This document shows, one piece after another, positions 48,701 to 56,589 of a stretch of 64,000 nt of DNA. This stretch comes from a virus. Under the pieces are notes generated by a model. The model was not told the DNA's origin and did not search any database. It saw nothing but the letters and a program-made list of their open reading frames with translations. The stretch spans positions 1 through 64,000 of IMG/VR virus record IMGVR_UViG_3300044695_005756, one strand, 5' to 3'. The position numbers and the translations under genes are program-made. How positions within the stretch are numbered: the stretch's first letter is position 1; each line of letters opens with the position of its first letter.

Positions 48701-49174
48701 TGATGCCAAATTTGCATAGAATGTCGCAACAGTAGGATCAGTATTTGATGTATAAATTGTTTCGCCATCTACGAAGCTATCTCCGTATAATTGATTGATA
48801 ATGAACGTAATCGGTTCATTTAATGTAGGTTCAGCACCGTAAGATTTTAAAACATACGCACGTTTAGTGTTCGCTGTATTGATAATTACTTGTTTATCAA
48901 AATTGGTGTATACAATATCTTTACCGAAATATGTTGAAGATACATTCAAATACGCTGTATTTTGAATTGTTATTTGTCCACCAGTAACAATGGAGCCTGT
49001 TTTGAAAATATGATCGCCAAATTTTTTGATTTGATCCTGTAAGGTGCTTTGAAGCTGCGTCAACTCACGCGCTTGAACAGCATTTCCTGGCTTAAATAAA
49101 AGACGATAATAATTTTTATTATCATTGAAATCGTCGTAATAAGGATCGGTATTAAAATTTGTAAGTAATGGCAT
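42773..49174 (-). CDS. Large VrlC/DUF4815-like baseplate/virion structural protein (2133 aa)
   Basis: PYYDDF...KNYYR.LF.PG.AVQARELTQLQS, APGADR, GKAYVKGYE, YYLPRID, YTM.DIG.L..RI.NLE, DPLAQTF, SQNGSTWT. Confidence 0.85.
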   Translation of the reverse strand: MPLLTNFNTDPYYDDFNDNKNYYRLLFKPGNAVQARELTQLQSTLQDQIKKFGDHIFKTGSIVTGGQITIQNTAYLNVSSTYFGKDIVYTNFDKQVIINTANTKRAYVLKSYGAEPTLNEPITFIINQLYGDSFVDGETIYTSNTDPTVATFYANLASTNVTGNCQAFSVNEGVFYYDGLFIKSQPQSVAVNKYDRTGNAIVGFEVSESLIDYTEDTSLLDPAQGSSNFQAPGADRYKVSLVLNTRPIDSSDLTQFIELGTMEEGNPKNIVQTPIYAAIGDEFARRTLDESGDYIVKSFNLELTDSTANNAFANISLGSGKAYVKGYEFQTSAPIILTVPKPRTTETITNKRVDVDYGYYLFANSMFGNFATNQYGNVEFSIYNSGESFPLVLSSLATINRSNISNSVVATGRIKLQSFYSVSSNTLDSNNYIYKLYVTSLNSNPLVGNTRAGCTTTTIRLPSLFPSNTSIYKGMSIKLIDGVPQGSGSAEDNLTKLIVSSSSQDVTIQSTTAGGKVFRDDTVTAMNNGLVRFQIIGGLIHAESVIVRNTSGAIVASANISPLSKIEQIGTTDESLKNNRMFQPAYIAESGKEPLLIRIGEAFVADNTIRDFSFAYRKLFQSVSFVSGVSQPLSLGIGETIQDATTIDSKQRYYQIVVTNPGSGSHHALGKTIPAQQFSVDTSSRTISVDAGENMTANIYAVVSSSIPTSKTKTFVKANTILVDPTSARKPYKIFSGNTSAFVSPFDCQTIIDESFVQRKPGIPQHLYVTDVYAINAVFDFNGTAITTSNYNSGSYSNVTSRYSLDTGQRDSYYDWSGIVLKPGQNPPRGPLLIRYDRFTSNGSGYFDVDSYTRGGRHEDGGTGFDYGNIPNYRSQDGKSRNLRDYLDFRPVRVDGANAVVTNVTSDYLANNFVLSVNEAVLGPQIAEPGLDIFMDYEYYLPRIDRVVLNKSREFQVLQGVPASKPVVPEEPADSMTLYVLTYPAYLTFTSSTLIQTYNHRRYTMQDIGRLDKRIQNLELYTSLSFAELAILSKNDRNVRDSNGISRPKNGVLVDSFTNKKVSDIISPDFDAAIDTISRLCRGSYNIASTLIQSSPAENSGVEINGPLLMLASTETTFIMQNRASKTMNINPFNIVNFLGTVRLDPTSDVWKSETRLEAQNIDLSGGEAARDAWSSIQSTTWGAWDTTWTTTSKVLDTKTTRDVVNVNGGWASGALEANFEATGGRSVVGGSGIAATGDVITTTTQRTLETSSLEATRTGILSQIVPQELTQSMGDRLVDISVVQFMREKRVLVLAEKFKPFTTLNAFFDNVNVNDRIAKVNRFEMTQNDLSYKTTISDAETVTFYALEPTTVAGTDTFTEADGTIYKFSKKIGVGGAILQGGKNVFIANMDPDAAAGSWSQYATHGIAVKGDRSEELERTLKWTHQVGVALGGGASTITLAYSAGGAVNTDSAASSYIVGKQIRILRGKGEGQVATISGYDASTRVVTITGSWGTTPDTTSVYTIGTLETTEEGLTAGIFFIPADIFRTGEKIFRLIDDEFNNVENSRSNGDTKFYSEGRVNTVQEQTITVFVPTVTRSTVTEEFSATTSSVKTATSSTRQNNVVIGYYDPLAQTFLINPNQYPQGVVIDSVRVCFKTKDSTIPVTCQLRPVVNGYPSSAVVYPFAEKTLTPDKVTITDIPDLTDSSKYTEFKFETPVLLLPGEHSFVLVSNSNGYETYIAEIGATDIRTQNKISEQPYTGSLFLSQNGSTWTADQTSDIMFSIQKRVFSSAQGYANFNVNLSPYSANTPFDLLQLMSTDAAILNTTVTYDFISEPELGEPHPPLRIVPNFDYECVDGYGRRVLNTVSGNDTFKLIASLSSSNPDISPMIDVTRLNLLTIENKINNMPLQNTGFVITNGGSGYTGNATVTFSYPSTTPAGAQGEGAAAVGIYEAASGKIIRIEITNPGTGYILSPSITMNAPETGGAVTATAEYNGEDSSVGGNSAIRYITKRVKLAPGFDAGDLRVYMDAYRPPGAGILVYYKLLSETDPSNFDDNDYQLMTELSETQNLFSKNPVDFFEAVYAPGRYGSGTADNRVSYLKKDGNIADDFILFSIKVVMYGTTSVDVPKFAQLRVIALPMSEGAQTTTQQD

Positions 49175-49184
49175 TTATTAACCT

Positions 49185-50756
49185 TTAAAATCTAACAATA
49201 AGTTTGATGTCTTCAGCTTGACCGTCTGCTCTTTGTGTCTTTACAGCATTTTCGGTATAAAGAACATCTCCAGAATATGGTTCAAAATCAGGATTTTGTA
49301 TGGAAACGACTAAACGATCCACAATACCAGAATTTGCTCCATACAAAGGAAATCCTGTTTTAAATGTTCCTACTACGTTCGTTAATCTTATTGTTGTTGT
49401 GGTTTGATCTAAAACGAATCCATAAGCGGATGTAGTTTCATAAGACACATCATTCTGAAAGCCTTGGTAAACAAATTCACCTAGTGAATATGCACCGCCA
49501 GCGGTTAGTGTTAATGATGTCGCTTGTGATATTACAGGACTTGCATTCAAAGGTGCGACAACACTTTTCTCTCCATATTTATATGGGTTCACAAATATTC
49601 CAGATTGTCTAAATGTTGTATTTGCTGGTATTTTTCCATTTTCAGTAGTATCAATTTCACCAATTCTGGATGAAATCATCACGCTGTTAGCACCTAATTC
49701 TTTAGCTGGATTTTTTGCATGTCCATTTTTCATCGCACGAATAACGCGCAAAGTTGCACCTGTACCTGTACCAAATACATAAGCATTTGCTCTAGAATAG
49801 TTTGTGCCAATCGTAGTAACAGCAACTTTTGTCAAATAACCATTTGAATTGATTGTAGGAGATGCAACTGCTCCACTTCCATTACCATCTACAAAAATTC
49901 TAGTTGTAATTGAAATTTGATTTGCTGTTGTATTGCCACCACCAGAACCAGTTGTTGCTAAAGATAATGTTATATTATTGTTTGGAGTATCGACGGTAGA
50001 GATAAATGTTTTGGGAGCAATGCCTGTGCCGGAAACAAACATGTTTGCAGCAACATTGGTTGTATTTGCCAATCTTAATATCGTGCATCCAGAAGTAAAT
50101 ATTGGAATTACTGAAACATTATTTTCATAATATCCAAGTCCCGAATTTTCGACAACGATGGTTGTCAATTCTCCTTCCACAATACCCGAACCACTTACTG
50201 AATAATCGAGTTGAGCATTGCTTGTTGGCACAGGAATCCATAAGTCTGTTAAAAATTTACTTGAAGATTTAACATTAAACATGTATTTCCAGATGTATCC
50301 ATCAGAAGTTGAAATACATCCGTTAGAAACAGAATAATCACCTGTTGGTTCTACAGTAGAATTAGCAGATGAGTTATTTGACAAACACTTATAAACACTT
50401 CTGTCCGATGTATACACATACATCGGCTTGACATTTATGGCATCATCATAAGATAATAATTTATCTAGATCAATTAAATCGTCATATTGTTTATATTTGG
50501 TGTTTGCTGTCCAATCTACTAATGGTATAACAAGTTCTAAATCATTGCCGGTAATTTTTTTTGCGGCAATCATATTTTCCCATACCAATTTATCATCTTG
50601 GATGCAATCCACGGTAACGGTAGGAACTTCTTCGTTTGCATACGCAAGAGGTCTTGCAATGTACACATAACCCACTTCGGGTTGTGGCTCATAGAAAGAC
50701 TCTTTAAACTGAACTGCCGCTATATAGGGCAACTTTTTAGATGTTACTGAAGGCAT
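49185..50756 (-). CDS. 8: Baseplate wedge subunit gp8-like
   Basis: VYKCLSN, DGYIWKYMF, GH..NP..ELGA, FRQ.GI..NP, R..GQ.EDIKLI. Confidence 0.85.
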   Translation of the reverse strand: MPSVTSKKLPYIAAVQFKESFYEPQPEVGYVYIARPLAYANEEVPTVTVDCIQDDKLVWENMIAAKKITGNDLELVIPLVDWTANTKYKQYDDLIDLDKLLSYDDAINVKPMYVYTSDRSVYKCLSNNSSANSTVEPTGDYSVSNGCISTSDGYIWKYMFNVKSSSKFLTDLWIPVPTSNAQLDYSVSGSGIVEGELTTIVVENSGLGYYENNVSVIPIFTSGCTILRLANTTNVAANMFVSGTGIAPKTFISTVDTPNNNITLSLATTGSGGGNTTANQISITTRIFVDGNGSGAVASPTINSNGYLTKVAVTTIGTNYSRANAYVFGTGTGATLRVIRAMKNGHAKNPAKELGANSVMISSRIGEIDTTENGKIPANTTFRQSGIFVNPYKYGEKSVVAPLNASPVISQATSLTLTAGGAYSLGEFVYQGFQNDVSYETTSAYGFVLDQTTTTIRLTNVVGTFKTGFPLYGANSGIVDRLVVSIQNPDFEPYSGDVLYTENAVKTQRADGQAEDIKLIVRF

Positions 50757-50768
50757 AATTATTATCTA

Positions 50769-51842
50769 TTATGGTATTGGATTGTTACTGTTCAATATGT
50801 AAACCAAATTAGCAAGTCGATCAATAGCTATTTGTATTGTTGCTGGTGGTGATGTATCCCAAATAATTGTACTTGCTGCTGTGTAATTGTACGATCCATT
50901 TGCAACATCAAACGCAGAGTTTGCGTGAGCATATCCGCTGTTCGCAAATCCTGAAGCCATATTGGCAATTTCAAATCCAGCATTTGCATGTATGAATGCA
51001 GCATTCGTGTCATGGTATCCAGAGTTTGCTTGAATGAACCCTGAATTCGCATGTAAGAATGCCGCATTAGCATCGTGATATGCAGAGTTCGCTTGAATAA
51101 ACGCCGAATTTGAATGATCGAATCCACTATTAGAATGAATAAATCCAGAGTTTGCGTGAATAAATGCGGCGTTAGCGTATTGACCCGTCGAATTCTGTGA
51201 CTGATAACCTGAATTGGCGTGATTAAAAGCCGCATTAGTTTGTATGAATCCAGAATTGGCGTGAATAAATGCGCCATTGGCCAAAGTAAATGCTGCGTTA
51301 GCGTATTGACCTGTCGCATTCTGACTTACATAAGCGGCGTTTGCATGGTTAAACGCTGAGTTCGTGTGAACGAATGCCGCATTCGCTTGAATGAATCCTG
51401 AGTTTGCGTGAATAAACGCAGCATTTGCATAACTTGACGCTGAGTTTGATACATGACTAGGTGTATTTGCCGATATTGCTGTCCCGTTTCCAGCAAGAAA
51501 CGCAGAATTGGCATGAATAAACGCTGAGTTGGCATGAACGAATCCAGAATTTGCGTGATTGAATCCAGCGTTCACACTATGATAGGACGAATTCGCTTGA
51601 ATGAATCCTGAATTAGCATGATTGAATGCCGAATTTGCCTGTGTAAATCCTGAATTGGCGTGATTAAACGCCAAATTAGCCTGTCCCTGAGTTACGTCAA
51701 GTAATGTGTCTAGGGTAAAAGCAGACATTTTTCTGGAAACTGGTGTTCCAGATTGAATGTCTGTTACCATAAAAAATGTATTTTTTGTATTGGAAGATGG
51801 AGAGGTTAACTCTGTTAATTCCGATAACTTAACTTTTGCCAT
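50769..51842 (-). CDS. Heptad-repeat fibre-like protein inserted between gp7 and gp8
   Basis: N-terminal VKLSELT anchor-like motif, ANSGFIH heptads, C-terminal W..SPP.TI..AIDRLA. Confidence 0.7.
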   Translation of the reverse strand: MAKVKLSELTELTSPSSNTKNTFFMVTDIQSGTPVSRKMSAFTLDTLLDVTQGQANLAFNHANSGFTQANSAFNHANSGFIQANSSYHSVNAGFNHANSGFVHANSAFIHANSAFLAGNGTAISANTPSHVSNSASSYANAAFIHANSGFIQANAAFVHTNSAFNHANAAYVSQNATGQYANAAFTLANGAFIHANSGFIQTNAAFNHANSGYQSQNSTGQYANAAFIHANSGFIHSNSGFDHSNSAFIQANSAYHDANAAFLHANSGFIQANSGYHDTNAAFIHANAGFEIANMASGFANSGYAHANSAFDVANGSYNYTAASTIIWDTSPPATIQIAIDRLANLVYILNSNNPIP

Positions 51843-51862
51843 TTTAAATTCCTAAGTTCTTC

Positions 51863-51870
51863 TATTTATT
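51863..51870 (-). promoter_or_regulatory. Probable late promoter AATAAATA
   Basis: Overlaps gp7 stop, upstream of SD AGGA of the 51842 gene. Confidence 0.5.
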
Positions 51871-54800
51871 CTATTATCAAATCGAATTCTTGTTCTGTCT
51901 CAATAATTTCTCCATCTTCCGCAGTCAAATAAATTTTTGGAACAGCAGAGAAAATTACCGCAGTTTGTGCGTTTGCAGTTTGACTCCATGAAACAGGATC
52001 AATCGTAATTATCGCATTAGCTCCAGCAGAATTTGGAGTTATTTTTGGAGTATAATAATATTTTCCAACACCCTGGAGAACACTATCGCTATTTACTGTC
52101 AGCTTTCGAATGGCTCCATTTCCAGAATAAACTTCAACCAATACGTTAGCTGCTGTATTCTGCTCAACAAATCCAACAGTAATTACCGCATTTGTCACCG
52201 CATTTGCTACCGCAGTTAAAGTAAATGCAGCATTTACGAAGGTATTGCTGTTTGCTGTAACAAGAAATCCTGCCGTTTGTCCTGAATTTGCTGAAGAAGA
52301 AACCGATAACTGTGCGATGTTTCTTGTATTTGCGTTATATCCAATTGAAAGAATCGCAGGAGTTGTTGGAGTTTGAATTGCACCTGTAGTCGGATCTAAA
52401 ATACCTACGATAATAATGTCTTGTCCGTTTGCATATAGACCTATATCAGTTACAACAGTTTTATTAATTCTACCTGAAGTATCAACTCCGATAAGACAGT
52501 TTGCAGGATTATTTGCAGATTCCTGATTGGTCGAAAACACTACATAGCCTGCTTCTTTACCAGAGACTGGCTGCAGATATCCTTCTCCGCCAGAAGTTAT
52601 CAGCACTTGCGTTACGGAAACTGGAGTAACATTTGGCGTAACAGTTGTTGGTGGAACAGAATATAATCCAACATCCGTTATCACAATAGAGTGCATATTA
52701 ATTACACCATTTGCTGGATATATTTCATACGTGGCGTTTGCTTTTCTTACTGGTGTTCCTCCACCAAAAACCAAATAACCATTAGCGATACATGTGCCAG
52801 CATATATGTTAGTTGCTGTATTCGATACGACTGATATGATTGATTGAGGAATTGTATTTGATACAGCAGTTGGCGCGGTAGAATATGCTCCATTATCAGT
52901 AATATCAATCTTACGAATTTTTCCTCCCATAGGCATCATCTGCACGGTAAATACTGCGTTACCTGTTTGAGGTAATGCGAATGGAGTAGTTTTATATAAT
53001 CCTCTATTTAAAACTGTGACGTTGACAATTGCACCTGTTGAATTAACAAAGACTCTTGCATTCGCACTAATATTGTCTTTGTCTGGACTTACAAAATTAA
53101 TGTAACCGTTAGCTCCATGTGCAAACGAATTTGCAGTAATGGATATTACCTGTGCAGAATTTGGATGAAAAACTTCGATGCTTGCTACCGCAGAACGACT
53201 CGGACTTCCTCCAGAGAAATTTATAATGCCATTAGAGTGTCCAAGTCCACCACTTGGCGCAGTAATTGTAAACATCACATTGGACTCTGCGTTTGTAGTT
53301 GCTGTAAACACTTCATTATTTTCATAATATCTTAAACCAGCAATGTTTGCAAATATAGGATAATCTGTTGAATATGCTCCGTTCGCTTGTACTTCAACAT
53401 TTAAAACATAACCTTCCGTATTCACATACACTCTTGCATTTGCCGCACTATATTGCGTACCAACATTGGCATTCGATACCGTGTTTGTGGTAAATGTGAT
53501 GAAGCTATTTACCGTTCTTGAATGAGCATTCACATTAACCATTCGAACTAAAGTCACTACTTTAATGTCGGAAATAACGACATTTGGACTTGAGTTTGGA
53601 ACAGCAAGCGTTGGATCAGTTTGATAAAGTCCAGAATCGATTACAACAACAGTATTAATTGAAGTATTGGGGTGAACTATAAGTTGTACATTTGCATCTC
53701 TTAATGGACTTCCACCAGAAATTTGTAACCATCCGTTTGAGTATCCTTGACCGCGATTCGTTATCGTAATTCCATTAGCATATAGAACTCTGTGTGGATT
53801 CGTATCAGGAAGCGCGATTGGTTTGTCTGAGTAAAGACCTCCGGACACGAAAGTTATATTTCTTAATGCGCCATTTGATGCGTAAACTTCAACATTTGCC
53901 ACAGATCGAATCGATTCATCTGTACCAGAAAATGCAATTGAACCATTCTCATAACCTGAACCTGGATTTGAAATAGTTAGACTTGTTACTTGACCACCGC
54001 CATTTGAGAACACCAAATAACCATTTGAATATCCTGAACCTGCGTTTGTGATTCTCAGATTTGATACGTTCGACTCGGTTACAATTTTAGTGTTGCTTAC
54101 AATGTGAGATACTTTTCGCAATTCTCCATTTGCTGCGATTGATGATCCTATTGTAAGAATACCCGCATCATATAAAACATTGAATTTTGTATTTGAACCA
54201 ACAACAATTGCACCGCCATTTGAAACATTAACTTTACCTGAAAGTGTTGTCTCTCTATTTCTTTCAACTTCAACGTCAGTTAATTCAACGATGTTTTGTT
54301 TATTGTAAAATGCATAGTTAATTAATCCTACAGGATGCAGCAGTTGTTTAAGCAGACTCTTATATTTACTGAATTCTATCTGAGAAGAGATAACATATGA
54401 ATAATCCACATAAAAATCTTCACCCTGTATTTTTCTTTCGAAGCTGGACAAAAGTGAATCTGTTGTTCTCCAGTTACCACCACTGGAAATATATGATCGT
54501 TCAATTTCAACATTTCCTGTAGCGGAACCATCTCCACCAGTTATTTCTACAGATGGAATGTATTGATATCCTGAACCTGGATCAATGACTTGTATTGAAG
54601 TGATTGCACCATTACTGGCTCCAAACCCAGCAATCGAAAGTCTTTCGTTGTCTCCTAGTATAGAATCAATCTCAATAATCGCTCCAGAACCTGTTGCAGA
54701 ATCGACTGAAATTGATGGGAAATTATTCTGAGTGTATCCATAACCACCAATTGGCCATCTGTTTTGAACTCCTATTTTTCTACCAGAAGTTGAGTATGTG

Positions 54801-56581
54801 AAAGTTCCAGAAACTGTGGCTAATGTATCATTTACAATCGCAACAATTAATTTTGGTTCATTATTAATCTCTACTGTATCACCAACAAATAACTCTTTTG
54901 TAAAAAATGTTCCTGTTCCTATAATCTCATTACAAGCCGATAAGATGGATGCTGTTCCCTGTATTCTAGCATTTGCGGAAACAATTTTTTGAATATAACC
55001 ATTCGCTGCAATTTTACCTACAGTTGCAGCGGCATGTTGACCATACGTGCCTAAAGGATTTGGTCCAAATACAATTTCATCTCCAATTTTGTAATTTAAT
55101 CCACCATCATTAATTTTATAACGATCAATTGATTTTAAACTCTTCGAAAAACGATAGGGAGCATTTGCACCATACAATGCACCCGATGCATCTAGAATAG
55201 TCGAGTCTTTTTGATTTAGTGGTAAAGTTGAAGAAAGGACTGTGACGTTTGAAATTGGTCCAACTTGAAGTGTAACGTAATTAAAAACTGTGTTGAGTGC
55301 ATTAGCAGCACTCACGTTTGATTTCAAGAAAACCGCACCAAAATTGGAACTGTTAATATAAACATTTCCACCAACATTTAAACTTAAATTCGATATGACA
55401 TCAGGAGATACTGTAAGAGTATTTCCAGCGTTTGCTCCTGATGCATCTATGGCATCAACAAAAAGTGTGAAGACGGTAAAAGCACTATTTCCAGTAACCG
55501 AAACAGGAGAAGTTGTGGTGAAGCCAGCTCCACCATGATGAATAAGAATACTATCTGCGAAACCAGAAGAAACACTTTCTACTGTTCCGATTGCGTTTGT
55601 TTTTGAATTCCCGCCATAAACATAAACGAGATCGCCAACACTATAATTATTTCCAGAATTGACTACATTGATCTTTTTTACGATTGAATATGTCGAAGCG
55701 CGAACATCAACTATTACATTATTTACTTCATCTACAATAGGTATTGATACTTCTTCACCATTTAAAAATGATCCACGTAGAGTGCTTGGATTGATGAGTA
55801 AATCAATAGGAAGACTTAATGTAAACGTGTCAGAAGATGTTCTTCTAATCGCATCTTCAATAATGGCATAAGCACCTGAAGATACTCCTACGACTTTTCT
55901 ATTACCTAAAATAACTGGATTTAGATTTTCATATCTTACTTTTACAATAGAATTGTTGGCAGGAATATTTAAAAATACTAATTGACGGTACTCTTTGTTA
56001 ATGTAATAGTCAACGTCAATTGTTTTTAAAACATCATCGACGTAAACATTTATTTCTTCAGGTTCTATTTTTCCTACTAGATAAAAAACTCTAGTCGTTC
56101 CGTCTGCAACATAACGACTGAAAACATCGTTATTGATTCTAAGTTTACTATCTACTTCCCATTTACTTGCCGATGCACGAAGAATGCTATTTCTAGGGTA
56201 AAGAACTTCAATATCTTTACCATAAATTAATTGAAACAGAAGTTTAAAAGAACTTTCGGCACCTTTGGAACGATATATGTTTGCCAAATGCTTAAACAAT
56301 AAAGCTTTATTTGACTGAACTTCAACTGGAATTAATGTTGCAAAAGTATTGTAGAAACTTCTCTCAAACTTCTCAATCGATTCATCAACATCACGAATAT
56401 CTCTCAAAGATTTTGCGGTTGAAATTAGATTATTTGAAGTGGCTGAAGTGTTTGCTTGAGTTTCCAAAAACTCATAGTATGCTTTTACAAACGCAACAAA
56501 TTTTGGATGATCATCCCTAACAAATTCTGGAATTTGCGTTTCAATAAGTACCGATGTTTTTAAATCAGAAATTGACATCAC
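51866..56581 (-). CDS. 7: Baseplate wedge initiator gp7-like, extended (1571 aa)
   Basis: Q.PEFV...HP.FV.F..AYYEFLE, Y.SKG...SF..LF, Y.DYSYVI.S, LLHPVG; many I...GSGY repeats. Confidence 0.8.
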   Translation of the reverse strand: MMSISDLKTSVLIETQIPEFVRDDHPKFVAFVKAYYEFLETQANTSATSNNLISTAKSLRDIRDVDESIEKFERSFYNTFATLIPVEVQSNKALLFKHLANIYRSKGAESSFKLLFQLIYGKDIEVLYPRNSILRASASKWEVDSKLRINNDVFSRYVADGTTRVFYLVGKIEPEEINVYVDDVLKTIDVDYYINKEYRQLVFLNIPANNSIVKVRYENLNPVILGNRKVVGVSSGAYAIIEDAIRRTSSDTFTLSLPIDLLINPSTLRGSFLNGEEVSIPIVDEVNNVIVDVRASTYSIVKKINVVNSGNNYSVGDLVYVYGGNSKTNAIGTVESVSSGFADSILIHHGGAGFTTTSPVSVTGNSAFTVFTLFVDAIDASGANAGNTLTVSPDVISNLSLNVGGNVYINSSNFGAVFLKSNVSAANALNTVFNYVTLQVGPISNVTVLSSTLPLNQKDSTILDASGALYGANAPYRFSKSLKSIDRYKINDGGLNYKIGDEIVFGPNPLGTYGQHAAATVGKIAANGYIQKIVSANARIQGTASILSACNEIIGTGTFFTKELFVGDTVEINNEPKLIVAIVNDTLATVSGTFTYSTSGRKIGVQNRWPIGGYGYTQNNFPSISVDSATGSGAIIEIDSILGDNERLSIAGFGASNGAITSIQVIDPGSGYQYIPSVEITGGDGSATGNVEIERSYISSGGNWRTTDSLLSSFERKIQGEDFYVDYSYVISSQIEFSKYKSLLKQLLHPVGLINYAFYNKQNIVELTDVEVERNRETTLSGKVNVSNGGAIVVGSNTKFNVLYDAGILTIGSSIAANGELRKVSHIVSNTKIVTESNVSNLRITNAGSGYSNGYLVFSNGGGQVTSLTISNPGSGYENGSIAFSGTDESIRSVANVEVYASNGALRNITFVSGGLYSDKPIALPDTNPHRVLYANGITITNRGQGYSNGWLQISGGSPLRDANVQLIVHPNTSINTVVVIDSGLYQTDPTLAVPNSSPNVVISDIKVVTLVRMVNVNAHSRTVNSFITFTTNTVSNANVGTQYSAANARVYVNTEGYVLNVEVQANGAYSTDYPIFANIAGLRYYENNEVFTATTNAESNVMFTITAPSGGLGHSNGIINFSGGSPSRSAVASIEVFHPNSAQVISITANSFAHGANGYINFVSPDKDNISANARVFVNSTGAIVNVTVLNRGLYKTTPFALPQTGNAVFTVQMMPMGGKIRKIDITDNGAYSTAPTAVSNTIPQSIISVVSNTATNIYAGTCIANGYLVFGGGTPVRKANATYEIYPANGVINMHSIVITDVGLYSVPPTTVTPNVTPVSVTQVLITSGGEGYLQPVSGKEAGYVVFSTNQESANNPANCLIGVDTSGRINKTVVTDIGLYANGQDIIIVGILDPTTGAIQTPTTPAILSIGYNANTRNIAQLSVSSSANSGQTAGFLVTANSNTFVNAAFTLTAVANAVTNAVITVGFVEQNTAANVLVEVYSGNGAIRKLTVNSDSVLQGVGKYYYTPKITPNSAGANAIITIDPVSWSQTANAQTAVIFSAVPKIYLTAEDGEIIETEQEFDLIIE

Positions 56582-56589
56582 TTATACTC

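Noticed and set aside
49185-56581. Enrichment of N-x-S/T glycosylation sequons in structural proteins
   Set aside because: A rough count in gp8 (about 11) is near expectation given the high Asn and Ser/Thr content; a formal test would be needed.
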